Positions 10,119-18,755 of a stretch of 64,000 bases of DNA are shown here, one piece after another (position 1 is the stretch's first letter; every line of letters starts with the position of its first letter). The position numbers and the translations under genes are program-made. This DNA is from Polyangiaceae bacterium (GTDB lineage Bacteria > Myxococcota_A > Polyangia > Polyangiales > Polyangiaceae), in the NCBI GenBank assembly GCA_965222375.1, contig CBDCTZ010000015.1, positions 1,216,001-1,280,000 on the forward strand, read 5' to 3'. The notes beneath the pieces are model-generated. The model was not told the origin of the DNA. It searched no databases and was given only the letters and a program-made list of their open reading frames with translations.

Positions 10119-10556
10119 ATGAGGCTGCCCCGACCAAGCCTGGTGGTGGTCTTGGCCACAGCGCTCGCTGCAGCGGCCGCACTTCTACACCAACGGACCA
10201 CCATGGACCCGGTGTACTTCGGGTCGCAACCAGTCGTGTCGTCCATTCCGGAGCTCGACGCGCGGCCTCATCGCGACGGGAACGCGACGACGGAGACGGA
10301 AGTCCCGTTGACGCGCCGCGAACGCGTCGCTGTCGCATCAGCCGTGCGCTTCGCGTCGCAGCACGGGAAGCGCTTGCCCCCGCGAGTTGGGTACTACGTG
10401 TGTAGAAGCCGCGAGGGGTGGATTGTCGACATCTACGACGCGGATCGCCCGTGGGTGACGAGTATGACCCGCGTCCGATTGTCCCACGCATTCAAGCTTC
10501 GCGGGTTCGGTGCGAGTACGGACGCGTGCGATTTCTACGCGAAAGACATCCCCTGA
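10119..10556 (+). CDS. hypothetical exported protein
   Basis: N-terminal hydrophobic segment; fills the gap between repeats; no recognised motif. Confidence 0.5.
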   Translation: MRLPRPSLVVVLATALAAAAALLHQRTTMDPVYFGSQPVVSSIPELDARPHRDGNATTETEVPLTRRERVAVASAVRFASQHGKRLPPRVGYYVCRSREGWIVDIYDADRPWVTSMTRVRLSHAFKLRGFGASTDACDFYAKDIP

Positions 10557-10615
10557 CGCGTCGCCGACAGTCTCTACTTCGCCATGCTGGCTACCCGCTA
10601 CCGATAGGCGGGTAT

Positions 10616-11254
10616 TCAGTTGGTGGGAGGACACGAGACGAGGGTACGCTCGATGACGCACAGGTCGAGCTTCTTCCGCAGCGCTGGCTCGTAGGTCTCG
10701 AACGCCGTCTGAGCTTCGTCGTGGCTCGAGCGCGACGGAAGCTTCGAGGCGATGATCAGCCCGCCGCCAGCGAGCATGAGTCCTCCGCTCAGCGCGAGAG
10801 GGGGGTCGAAGGCGGGCTCGCCGGTTTGCTCATCCTCCTCGAGGAAAAGTGGCGTCAGGAACAGCGCGGCGCCCGCGGTCAGTGCGGCGATCCCGCCCCA
10901 GTACAATCCGTCGGCTAGCTGCCGCTTGGAGGAGGAGCGCTTGGCCGCTATCGCCGCGGGCGAACCCTCCGGCACGACTGGCAGTATGTCCTCCGCGTAG
11001 TACACGCGCCGGCCATCGGCCACCTGCAAGTAGTCGACCTCGCGCTCGTGCCCCACCGCGACTCCGCCCTGCAGGTACGTGATGTCGGTGCGATGCATCG
11101 ACAGCGGCTGAAGCTTCTCGTAGGCGGCCACGCGCTCGGCCTCGGCGGCCGTGGCGGGCGGGGCGCTCAGCTGCTGGTGCGGCTCACACGCCCCTAGCGT
11201 CGCCAACAGCGCGACGGCAAGAACCGCTCCTTTCATGCCCAGCCATCGTGTCAT
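10616..11254 (-). CDS. hypothetical lipoprotein with C-terminal 2-TM hairpin
   Basis: Lipobox LGAC; two hydrophobic helices near the C-terminus. Confidence 0.7.
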   Translation of the reverse strand: MTRWLGMKGAVLAVALLATLGACEPHQQLSAPPATAAEAERVAAYEKLQPLSMHRTDITYLQGGVAVGHEREVDYLQVADGRRVYYAEDILPVVPEGSPAAIAAKRSSSKRQLADGLYWGGIAALTAGAALFLTPLFLEEDEQTGEPAFDPPLALSGGLMLAGGGLIIASKLPSRSSHDEAQTAFETYEPALRKKLDLCVIERTLVSCPPTN

Positions 11255-11387
11255 GTGCACGGAAGCAGGTCAACGGGAACCGCAACGTCGCGCTCCACAC
11301 GCCTCTGCAAGTTGCGGCAGTTCTGTTGAACTTGCTCGAGGCTCTTGCCAACACCGCGCGGGGGCACCGTGCGCTTGCCCTGGGTGA

Positions 11388-11566
11388 CTGGGCAGCTCGG
11401 TTGCTATCCCAACAAAGAAGCAGTCACCGAGGATCGCGCTCGATTCGAAGACCCTGGTTGACCGATTGACGACAAGCCGTCGCCCTTCGCGGAGCGCAAG
11501 GCGGGCGCGAAGAAAAAGTAGTCAGCGCGGTCGGATTGGTTTTTGGATGGCAACAGAGCTGAACTG
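11388..11566. repeat. inverted-repeat-bounded element (REP/MITE-like)
   Basis: Left arm ctgggcagctcggttgctatcccaacaaag (11388-11417) is complementary to right arm ttttggatggcaacagagctgaactg (~11541-11566); the same arms form the hairpin at 43597-43663. Confidence 0.65.
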
Positions 11567-11572
11567 CGCCGC
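11493..11572 (+). repeat. 80-bp direct repeat, copy 2
   Basis: Copy of 9873-9952 at offset 1620. Confidence 0.95.
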
Positions 11573-11733
11573 CCTTTGACTTCGTACCTGGGCCTCTCGC
11601 AAGCGAGTGCCCTCGGCTCGGGCCGAGATAGACCGTCAGAGCAACGCGCGGCGACACGCCGCTGGCAGTTTCCTGCCCAAAGCCAAGACGGCGCCTGTGG
11701 CTCGATGATGCGTCGAAGGGCGTTCTGGCGCCG

Positions 11734-12354
11734 CTAGCACTCGGCCAGGTTCAGTTGGCCCCAGGCGTGCTGGCAGTTGTGCACGCCGGGTGCGCCTTGA
11801 GCCGTCTTGCACCACTTGGAAAAACAGCTCAGCTCTTTTGCCGAGAAACCCGCGCACGCCTTCAAGCAGTCGCCCTCGGATGCGTGGGGATAGCCTGACA
11901 TGCCCCCGCAGGTCGTGGTGAGGCACCCACAGTAGTCGGCGCAGGCCGTGCCCGCGTCTTGCCCGCCACCAGAGTCCGTACCGCCGCCATCGGTCGTGCC
12001 TCCGGAGTGCCCTCCGGTACCCGCTTCGTGCCCAGTGCCCCCCGCGCCGCCTGTGCCCCCATCATGGCCGACCGAGCAGTTCACCCCCGTCGGACAGGGC
12101 AACGCCTCGCACGCATCGACACACTCTTTGAGCCGAACGACGCATTGATCGTCGTCAAGAGTATGGGACAGATCATGGCAGTCTTTGGCAATGTCTTGAC
12201 TGCCGTCGTCTTTGAGATGACAGGCCTCCAGGATCGTGCCGCATTCGCCACCCTGGGCCTGGGGCTTCGATCCTCCGGAGTCGTCATCGGATGAAGAGCA
12301 GGCGATGAAACCTGCCAGAGCGAGGCACAGCGGAGCAGCGCGAAGCTTGAGCAT
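11734..12354 (-). CDS. Cys/His-rich lipoprotein
   Basis: Lipobox FIAC; two Cys-rich domains separated by a Gly linker. Confidence 0.75.
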   Translation of the reverse strand: MLKLRAAPLCLALAGFIACSSSDDDSGGSKPQAQGGECGTILEACHLKDDGSQDIAKDCHDLSHTLDDDQCVVRLKECVDACEALPCPTGVNCSVGHDGGTGGAGGTGHEAGTGGHSGGTTDGGGTDSGGGQDAGTACADYCGCLTTTCGGMSGYPHASEGDCLKACAGFSAKELSCFSKWCKTAQGAPGVHNCQHAWGQLNLAEC

Positions 12355-12597
12355 CTCGCTACGCTAACGTCGATCCATGATCTTCAGGCAGCCTTTTCGA
12401 AGCAGCAGTCGTGTCGCTCGTGGGCCAGCCGCTCCTCGCCGGCACGTTGCCAGCGCAAATTCAGCATTTTCGGTGACTTGCCTCCCAGCGAAGCTCGCCG
12501 GATGGAGCTCGGGCCGGCCTGCGGCATCCAGTGCGGTGGAGGGACGAAGTCCGACTCCATCGACGAGTCCCCATCACGAAAGGAGCACTCGAGTTTA

Positions 12598-13557
12598 TTA
12601 CAAATTGAAGTTGTCGATGGTCGTCTGTCCCGCCTGGGGCGATTGCCAGGAGTTTGTGAACACCGTCACGCGCCCATTCTGGAGCGCGTTGTGGGTCTTG
12701 ACGGTGCCCAAGGCAGTCCAGTTGACGCCGTCGAGAGACGTGAGAAACGTCGTGGTGCCTCCAGCATTGCTGATGCGCCACCAGCGGTGCTTCACGGGAT
12801 CATAGCTGAGCGACTTGGTCGACGGTCCACCCCAGGCGAAATTCGACACTGTCAGGTTGAAACGAAGAGCTGCCTCCTTCACATACGGCTCGGAACCGAA
12901 CTCCAAAACGGTCGTGACGCCGCTGGCGAGCAGTGGCGCGACCATCTCAATGGTAACCCTGCAGTTTCGCAGGTCAGCGCTCTGACTGCGGATTCCTGCG
13001 CTTCCTAGTTGGGTGCTGGGTATGGTCAGCACCAGGCTGCCGCCGGCCTCAGCGACGCTGCCAGCTCCGGTTGTTGATATACTTGCGTGGAGGGTACCGT
13101 CGTTGAAGTCCTCGGAACCGACGGAACAGGGCGGCACATTCCCGCCGCCGTCCGGAGCGCCTGCGTCGCCTGTTTGAGAGCCCGCGCCGCCGGCTGTTCC
13201 GCCCGTGGCTGCGCCGCCGGCTGTTCCGCCCGTGGCTGCGCCGCCGGCTGTTCCGCCCGTGGCCGCGCCGCCGGCTGTTCCGCCCGTGGCCGCGCCGCCG
13301 GCTGTTCCGCCCGTGGCCGCGCCGCCGGCTGTTCCGCCCGTGGCCGCGCCGCCGGCTGTTCCGCCCGTGGCCGCGCCGCCTGTGCTTCCGTCCGGACCTT
13401 GGCCAGCGAATCCTCCGGTCACGGAGCCTGCAACGCCGCCTCCGCCCGCAGCGGCAGCGTTGCGGTTCTCGGTCAGAGCGTCAGAGTCGAACAGCAACGA
13501 ACATGCGGGCGCGAGCAGGGCAAGCACCGGCGCCGTGACCATCCGTGATAGGCGCAT
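12598..13557 (-). CDS. lipoprotein with GGAATGGTA repeat linker and C-terminal beta-sandwich (ConA-like) domain
   Basis: Lipobox APAC-SLLFD; C-terminal WWRI...FLTSLDGVNW...IDNF; start placed at MRLSR. Confidence 0.75.
   Translation of the reverse strand: MRLSRMVTAPVLALLAPACSLLFDSDALTENRNAAAAGGGGVAGSVTGGFAGQGPDGSTGGAATGGTAGGAATGGTAGGAATGGTAGGAATGGTAGGAATGGTAGGAATGGTAGGAATGGTAGGAGSQTGDAGAPDGGGNVPPCSVGSEDFNDGTLHASISTTGAGSVAEAGGSLVLTIPSTQLGSAGIRSQSADLRNCRVTIEMVAPLLASGVTTVLEFGSEPYVKEAALRFNLTVSNFAWGGPSTKSLSYDPVKHRWWRISNAGGTTTFLTSLDGVNWTALGTVKTHNALQNGRVTVFTNSWQSPQAGQTTIDNFNL
13184..13380 (-). repeat. 27-bp tandem repeat x7 (coding VNTR)
   Basis: Unit gcgccgccggctgttccgcccgtggc(c/t) repeated almost perfectly; encodes GGAATGGTA. 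Confidence 0.95.
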
Positions 13558-13886
13558 CCACAAATCGTATCGGTGAACGTGGTGTCGGTCAACGCTTGTC
13601 CGCAGGAAATGGCCGGCGTGCTGCTCATGGGAAGTTCCCACTACGCCTGTGCGAGATCTTGCCGATGCCTTCGGCAGCGGCTTGGGGACAGGCTTCACCG
13701 GAGCACCAGCCGATGCGCGTTCATGTCCAAGCGCTCTGAGCGCCACTGAGATCAGCCCGCTGTAGGCGATGCGGAAAGTACGCGCCAGCTCGTGTAGGCG
13801 GTCCCCGTCTTGCCACTACGTCAGCCCGTCGTGAGGGTGGAGCCTCCTTCTTGTAGTGATGGGCGAGGAGGGGTGAGGCAAGCGCA

Positions 13887-14396
13887 TCACGCCGGGACGG
13901 TTTGGAATCGCTTCAACAGCGCTTGGACCCAGGGATTGTCGAGCGGCGGTGCAGCGGGCCCCGGCAGCGGCACGATGTCCCGCGCGTCGAGCTCGGATCC
14001 GCAGTTGCTGCAGCACATGACTGGCTCGGCCTCGGCGCCGCAGGCTCGGTGGTGATATCGAATGGCGGGCCCATCTCCTGACGATTTCCAGCGCATGCCC
14101 CAGCCGTTGAGCGCCAGAAGAACCGGGTAGAGGTCGAGCCCTTTTTCGGTCAGTCGGTACTCATAACGGTTCGGGCGTCGTCGGTACAGCTTGCGTTCAA
14201 GGACTCCGTCCTCGACGAGCTTCTTGATGCGCGCCGCGAGAACATGGCGCGTGACGCCCAGGGCCTCCTGGAACTGTCCGAAGCGGCGTGCACGCAGGAA
14301 CGCCTCCCGCAAAATGAGCATGGTCCATCGGTCACCGATCACGCTCAGCGTCTTGGCAATCGGACAAGGTTCGTCTTCGAGCTGGCGCCACCGCAT
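13887..14396 (-). CDS. HxlR-family winged-helix transcriptional regulator
   Basis: CPIAKTLSVIGDRWTMLILREAF...RRF...YEYRLTEKG; C-terminal H..C...C..C. Confidence 0.92.
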   Translation of the reverse strand: MRWRQLEDEPCPIAKTLSVIGDRWTMLILREAFLRARRFGQFQEALGVTRHVLAARIKKLVEDGVLERKLYRRRPNRYEYRLTEKGLDLYPVLLALNGWGMRWKSSGDGPAIRYHHRACGAEAEPVMCCSNCGSELDARDIVPLPGPAAPPLDNPWVQALLKRFQTVPA

Positions 14397-14416
14397 CGCA
14401 CCCAGTCTAGCCTAGC

Positions 14417-14504
14417 GAGTTCCAAAAAAGTACTCAGCTGCTCCTCGGTTCCCACCCTTGACACGCCCCCATGAAAGAATTTAAAGTTAGTTCTAATTTA
14501 GAAC
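14417..14504. promoter_or_regulatory. divergent promoter with two putative HxlR operators
   Basis: Perfect palindrome GTTCTAA-T-TTAGAAC (14490-14504); related imperfect GAGTTCCAAAAAAGTACTC (14417-14435); TTGACA (14458) and TAAAGT (14482); RBS AGGAGG before 14524. Confidence 0.7.
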
Positions 14505-14523
14505 CATCTCAGGAGGCCGCGCG

Positions 14524-15309
14524 ATGAGCGGAAACATTCAGGTTGAGCAGATCGGGAACGTCCTGCGGATGGCGCTCGATCGATCGGACAACCGGAACCG
14601 GATTGACACAGCGATGATCCGCATGCTCAGCGCGGCCTACTCACGGCTCGCTGACGACCCGGAGCTACGCTGCGGGCTCGTGCACGCGATCGGGCAAGAC
14701 TTCACCCTAGGTCTCGACTTGCCAGACGTCGCACCTGGCATTGTGAGCGAAGGGCCAGGCGGATTCATCGCGGAGGGCCAGGTCGACCCTTGGGGTCTGT
14801 TCGGGCGTCGCTGCCCAAAGCCCGTCGTGGTCGCCGTTCAGGGACGTTGTTTCACTGCTGGTCTCGAGCTGTGTGCGGCCGCTGATCTGATCGTTGCCGA
14901 ACGAAGCGCGACATTCGCGCAAATGGAAGTCACGCGCGGCGTCATGCCATTTGGCGGTGGCACATTTCGACTTCCGGCCATGATGGGGTGGCATCGGGCG
15001 ATGCAATACTTGCTAACCGGCGACACGTTCGATGCAGCGGAGGCAGTGCGATTGGGGTTGGTGACACATCTCACACCGGACGGCGACGCTCTACCTCGCG
15101 CCCTCGAGATCGCCGCGCGGATTTCGTCTCGCGCTCCGATGGCTATCGGCGCTTTGCTCGCTCATGCTCGACTGGCGCAGGACGAGGGCATCGCCGCGAC
15201 GGTCCAGCAAATCCCCAAAATTGCGCGCCGCTTGTTGGCCACCGAGGACGCGGCAGAGGGAATCCGGTCGCTCGTCGAACGGCGCGACCCTGTTTTCAAG
15301 GGCCGCTAG
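14524..15309 (+). CDS. crotonase/enoyl-CoA hydratase family protein
   Basis: FTLGLDL, KPVVVAVQG.C..AG.EL, FAQME..RG..P.GG. Confidence 0.9.
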   Translation: MSGNIQVEQIGNVLRMALDRSDNRNRIDTAMIRMLSAAYSRLADDPELRCGLVHAIGQDFTLGLDLPDVAPGIVSEGPGGFIAEGQVDPWGLFGRRCPKPVVVAVQGRCFTAGLELCAAADLIVAERSATFAQMEVTRGVMPFGGGTFRLPAMMGWHRAMQYLLTGDTFDAAEAVRLGLVTHLTPDGDALPRALEIAARISSRAPMAIGALLAHARLAQDEGIAATVQQIPKIARRLLATEDAAEGIRSLVERRDPVFKGR

Positions 15310-15316
15310 TTAGCTC

Positions 15317-15997
15317 ATGGCCACGTCCACGATCACTCGCTTCGAGAAGGCTTCCGGGAATGGATGGACCGTGAACATGCATGCCGTCGAGGTCGGCGGT
15401 GGTGACCTTGCGGTTTACAGCCCCACCTGGCTCGGCCAAGGCACGTTCGAGCGGCTCGATGCCATCGGCAGGCCGACGGTCCTGATCGCGCCAAACCACT
15501 ACCATCACCTTTCGCTGCAGAAATTCCGCGAACGCTACCCCGAGGCGACAGCAGTCGCGGGAACGAGGGCGATGCCGAGACTTGCCAAGAAGGGCCACCG
15601 GGGACTGCGTGCGGCCGCTGATCTGAGTGGCGCGCTGCCGGAGCGCGTGCGCATCATCGAGTGCCCGGCAACCAAGTCAGGCGAGCTGTGGGTCGAGATC
15701 GACGACAACGGCCAAACCAGCTGGCTCGTCGGCGACGCTTTCTTCAACGCACCGGGACCTGTTACTGGTCTGGCCGGCTTGTTTCTTCGGGCGACACAAA
15801 GCGCACCCGGCTTGTGCATCGGGCGCCAGTTTCCGTGGTTCGTGCTGGAAGATACCCAAACCTACGCTGACTGGTTGGGGCGGCAGCTCCGGCAACGGCC
15901 TCCTGCACAGCTGTTCCCGAGCCACGGAGTGCCGCTGCAGGGCGCCGGCGTCCAGACTCAGCTGAAGGAGGTCGTTGAGGGGCGCTTCGGTCACTGA
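15317..15997 (+). CDS. metallo-beta-lactamase-fold protein (DUF4336-like)
   Basis: IAPNHYHHL, LVGDAFFN, FPSHG. Confidence 0.75.
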   Translation: MATSTITRFEKASGNGWTVNMHAVEVGGGDLAVYSPTWLGQGTFERLDAIGRPTVLIAPNHYHHLSLQKFRERYPEATAVAGTRAMPRLAKKGHRGLRAAADLSGALPERVRIIECPATKSGELWVEIDDNGQTSWLVGDAFFNAPGPVTGLAGLFLRATQSAPGLCIGRQFPWFVLEDTQTYADWLGRQLRQRPPAQLFPSHGVPLQGAGVQTQLKEVVEGRFGH

Positions 15998-16102
15998 GCC
16001 CTGGGCTCGAACTTCCGGCGAGCCCAGGGTGATCAAGTGCGGTGCACCGCACTCGCGCACCCAGCCGAAACGGATGGCTCCACCGCACCGGCGCGGTTTC
16101 GG
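15998..16102. repeat. cluster of hairpins/palindromes (possible terminator or REP-like DNA)
   Basis: ccctgggctcg-N9-cgagcccaggg; perfect 18-bp palindrome agtgcggtgcaccgcact (16036-16053); ccgaaac...gtttcgg. Confidence 0.55.
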
Positions 16103-16149
16103 AAGGGGGTAGGCTTGAAGCGGCCGCTGAATGGTCTCACACTCGCGTT

Positions 16150-17112
16150 GTGGAGTGGAACCTAGTCGTCGCGGCCATTCAAGCGACGAGCGAAAACGGT
16201 CAGCCCAAACAGAACCTGGCGGGCGCCGAAGGACTCGTCGCAGACGCGGCGAAGCGCGGCGCGCGCTTGATTCTGTGCCCCGAGTTTCTCGCCACTGGCT
16301 ACATCTTCGACGACTCGATTTGGGACGCGGGAGAGCCCGCGGGCGGCCTGACGGAAACCTGGCTCGCCGAGCAGTCAAAAAAGCACGGCGTCTTTCTCGG
16401 CGCCTCCTTTCTGGAGGCTGAAGGCGACGACTTCTACAACACGTTCAGTCTGTACGGCCCCGACGGCGAAATGCGTGGTCGGGTACGCAAAGGTTCGCTC
16501 CCGTTCTTCGAGGGTCGGTATTTCAGACCATGTGCCGGCAGCAAGGTCATTGAGACCGAGATCGGCTCCTTCGCCGTTGGGATCTGCAACGATACGCAAA
16601 CCGCGCACTTCTTGAGAGAAGTCTGCACCAAAGCGCCAGACCTGATTCTCATGCCCCACTCCGCACCGACCCCGGCGCTGCCGGGACCCGTGCGCCGTCT
16701 CTTCGTTTCTCAGCTCAGTGAAACCGCGGGTCGGTACGCCCAGGCGTTGGGCGTGCCGGTCGTGATGGCAAACAAGGTCGCAACCCGCGAGGGCTCGACG
16801 CCGATCCCGATCATTCCAGGCTGGCACGTGCGTTGGCGTTTCGTCGGTCACTCCTCCATCTACGACAGCGACGGAGCGTGTCTGGAGAAGTTGGAAGACG
16901 CGGCAGGAGCCTTGGTCGCGGAAGTGCACTTGAGCGACGAAAACCGAAAGCGAGTCGCACCACCCACTCGGGGCTATTGGTCCTTTGGCCCGAAGCTTGG
17001 CGCAACCGCCGTGGGCGGCTTCCTGCTCAGCCTCGAACTACTCGGCAAACGTGCCTACGCTCGTAGCCAGCGGCGCCGAGCGCAAGCCAGGGAGCACGCG
17101 CCCGGTGCGTGA
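16150..17112 (+). CDS. carbon-nitrogen hydrolase (nitrilase superfamily)
   Basis: Triad motifs LCPE, VRK, GICND; start placed at GTG 16150. Confidence 0.88.
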   Translation: MEWNLVVAAIQATSENGQPKQNLAGAEGLVADAAKRGARLILCPEFLATGYIFDDSIWDAGEPAGGLTETWLAEQSKKHGVFLGASFLEAEGDDFYNTFSLYGPDGEMRGRVRKGSLPFFEGRYFRPCAGSKVIETEIGSFAVGICNDTQTAHFLREVCTKAPDLILMPHSAPTPALPGPVRRLFVSQLSETAGRYAQALGVPVVMANKVATREGSTPIPIIPGWHVRWRFVGHSSIYDSDGACLEKLEDAAGALVAEVHLSDENRKRVAPPTRGYWSFGPKLGATAVGGFLLSLELLGKRAYARSQRRRAQAREHAPGA

Positions 17113-17197
17113 ATACAACAATGCCTGAACATTTTGACGTCGTAATCGTCGGTGCCGGTCTATCGGGCATCGGTTCCGCTAGCCACCTGCAGGCGAA
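17062..17197 (+). repeat. 136-bp perfect direct repeat, copy 1
   Basis: Identical to 29176-29311 (offset 12114). Confidence 0.95.
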
Positions 17198-17237
17198 ATG
17201 TCCAGACCGAGACTTCGTGATTCTCGAGGGCCGCGAG
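17109..17237 (+). pseudogene. 5' fragment of flavin monooxygenase (BVMO/EthA-like)
   Basis: MPEHFDVVIVGAGLSGIG...FVILEGRE, then an abrupt switch to IS21 sequence. Confidence 0.9.
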
Positions 17238-17239
17238 AC

Positions 17240-17797
17240 CGCGACAGCCACGTTGTCTTCGGCGGTCGCATGTACTCGGTGCCCTGGCGCCATATCGGGC
17301 GCCGGGTGTGGGTGCGAGCCACGCCCGCCACCGTCACCGTGTACTTTGATGACGAGCGCATTGCGACGCACCGTCGCAGCGGAAACGGCCACCGAAGTAC
17401 GGAGGACGCACACCTGCCCGCCGAGCGGGCCTATCTGCGACATCGCAGTCGCAGCTACTGGGAGGAGCGCGCCGAGCGGCTTGGCAATAACGTGGGACGC
17501 TTCGTGCGAGATGTATTCGATGCCGACGACGTCCTGTCGCAGCTCCGACAAGTGCAGGCCATCGTCACTCACCTCGAGAAGTATCCGGCCCAGCGAGCAC
17601 AAGGCGCGTGTCGGCGGGCGAGCTTCTACGGGACTCACAGCTACCAGGTCATCAAGAACATCTTGAACCAGGCTCTTGATCTCGAGCCACTGCCGACGTC
17701 TCGCCCCACGGCAACCGCGTGGGCCGACCCACCGCGCTTCGCGCGCGACTCGAAGCAGTGGCGCATCGACGGGGAGGGGACCGATGGGTGTCATTGA
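17240..17797 (+). pseudogene. istA: IS21-family transposase, C-terminal fragment
   Basis: RDSHVVF...YSVPW..IG..V.VR...V.VY.....IATHRR...HLP (IstA C-terminal domain); DDE core missing; overlaps istB start. Confidence 0.85.
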
Positions 17798-18560
17798 CGA
17801 GCTGGTACCCCTACTGAAGAAGCTGAAGCTCAGCGGAGTGCTCCACTCTCTCGAGCTGCGGCTTTGCGAATCCGCGGACGACAGCCTGGCCTACGAGGAG
17901 TTTCTCTACCGGCTGCTGAAGGACGAGGTCGAACGGCGCGAGGCCAAACAGCTGGACCAGCGGTTGCGCCGCGCAAACTTCGAGCACCAAAAGACGCTCG
18001 AGGACTTCGACTTCCACTTCAATCCGGAGATCCCGAAGTCGAAGGTGCTGGACCTGGCGACCTGCACCTTTGTCGCCCGCCGGCACAACGTCCTGCTCTT
18101 GGGCCAGACCGGAGTTGGCAAAAGCCACATTGCCCAGGCGCGAGGCCATCGTGCCTGTCGCCTGGGTCACTCGGTGCTCTACCTGGAGTCGAACGACCTG
18201 CTCAAACAGCTGCGGGCTGCTCGTGCAGATCTCAGCTACGACCGCAAGATGGCTCGACTGACCGGCGTCGACCTGCTGATCATCGACGACCTGGGCCTAC
18301 GCCCGCTGTCTGACCCGGAGCCCATCGACCTCTACGAGCTCGTCCGGCTCCGCTACCAGAAAACCTCGACCATCATCACCTCGAATCGAGACACCGAGGA
18401 GCTCGCCGAGCTCTTTGGTGACGCCCTGCTCGCCAGCGCAGCCATGGACCGGCTTCTCCACGACGCCCATGTCCTGAGCCTCGTCGGCGAGACCTACCGC
18501 AACCCAAAACGCTCGAAGCGATCACGCAAGAGCAACAACCATCAGGAGGCAACGACATGA
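17784..18560 (+). CDS. istB: IS21-family helper ATPase
   Basis: KTLEDFDF, Walker A GQTGVGKS, Walker B LLIIDDLG, STIITSN, AMDRLLH, GETYR. Confidence 0.93.
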   Translation: MGVIDELVPLLKKLKLSGVLHSLELRLCESADDSLAYEEFLYRLLKDEVERREAKQLDQRLRRANFEHQKTLEDFDFHFNPEIPKSKVLDLATCTFVARRHNVLLLGQTGVGKSHIAQARGHRACRLGHSVLYLESNDLLKQLRAARADLSYDRKMARLTGVDLLIIDDLGLRPLSDPEPIDLYELVRLRYQKTSTIITSNRDTEELAELFGDALLASAAMDRLLHDAHVLSLVGETYRNPKRSKRSRKSNNHQEATT

Positions 18561-18755
18561 AGTCGACCAAGTGGAAATTGGATCCGCTTGGCCGATCCAC
18601 CGTCTGGGCCGCGCCCACCCTCAGCGTGGGTTTGGGTTTGGGGTCGTGGCCATGGGACGCCGCGAGTGCGCTAATCTCGCCTTGCTGCACCCCTGCCGTT
18701 TTTTTCATTGGGTGGAATAAATTCGGGCTCGCGCGGCCAATCCACCGGCAGGGAC

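Larger units (their letters stand above)
17240..18602 (+). mobile_element. truncated IS21-family element
   Basis: istA fragment plus istB; right boundary approximate. Confidence 0.8.

Noticed and set aside
13184..13380. Possible CRISPR array
   Set aside because: Contiguous 27-bp units with no spacers, in frame within a CDS; no cas genes
9900..13800. Integron cassette array
   Set aside because: No integrase, mixed gene orientation and no convincing RYYYAAC...GTTRRRY attC sites
13740..13815. Ribbon-helix-helix antitoxin remnant (DRLHELARTFRIAYSGLISVALRAL)
   Set aside because: No start codon or partner toxin; resemblance may be chance
17109..17666. 185-aa ORF as a real monooxygenase
   Set aside because: Only ~43 codons are BVMO-like; the rest is an off-frame read of istA
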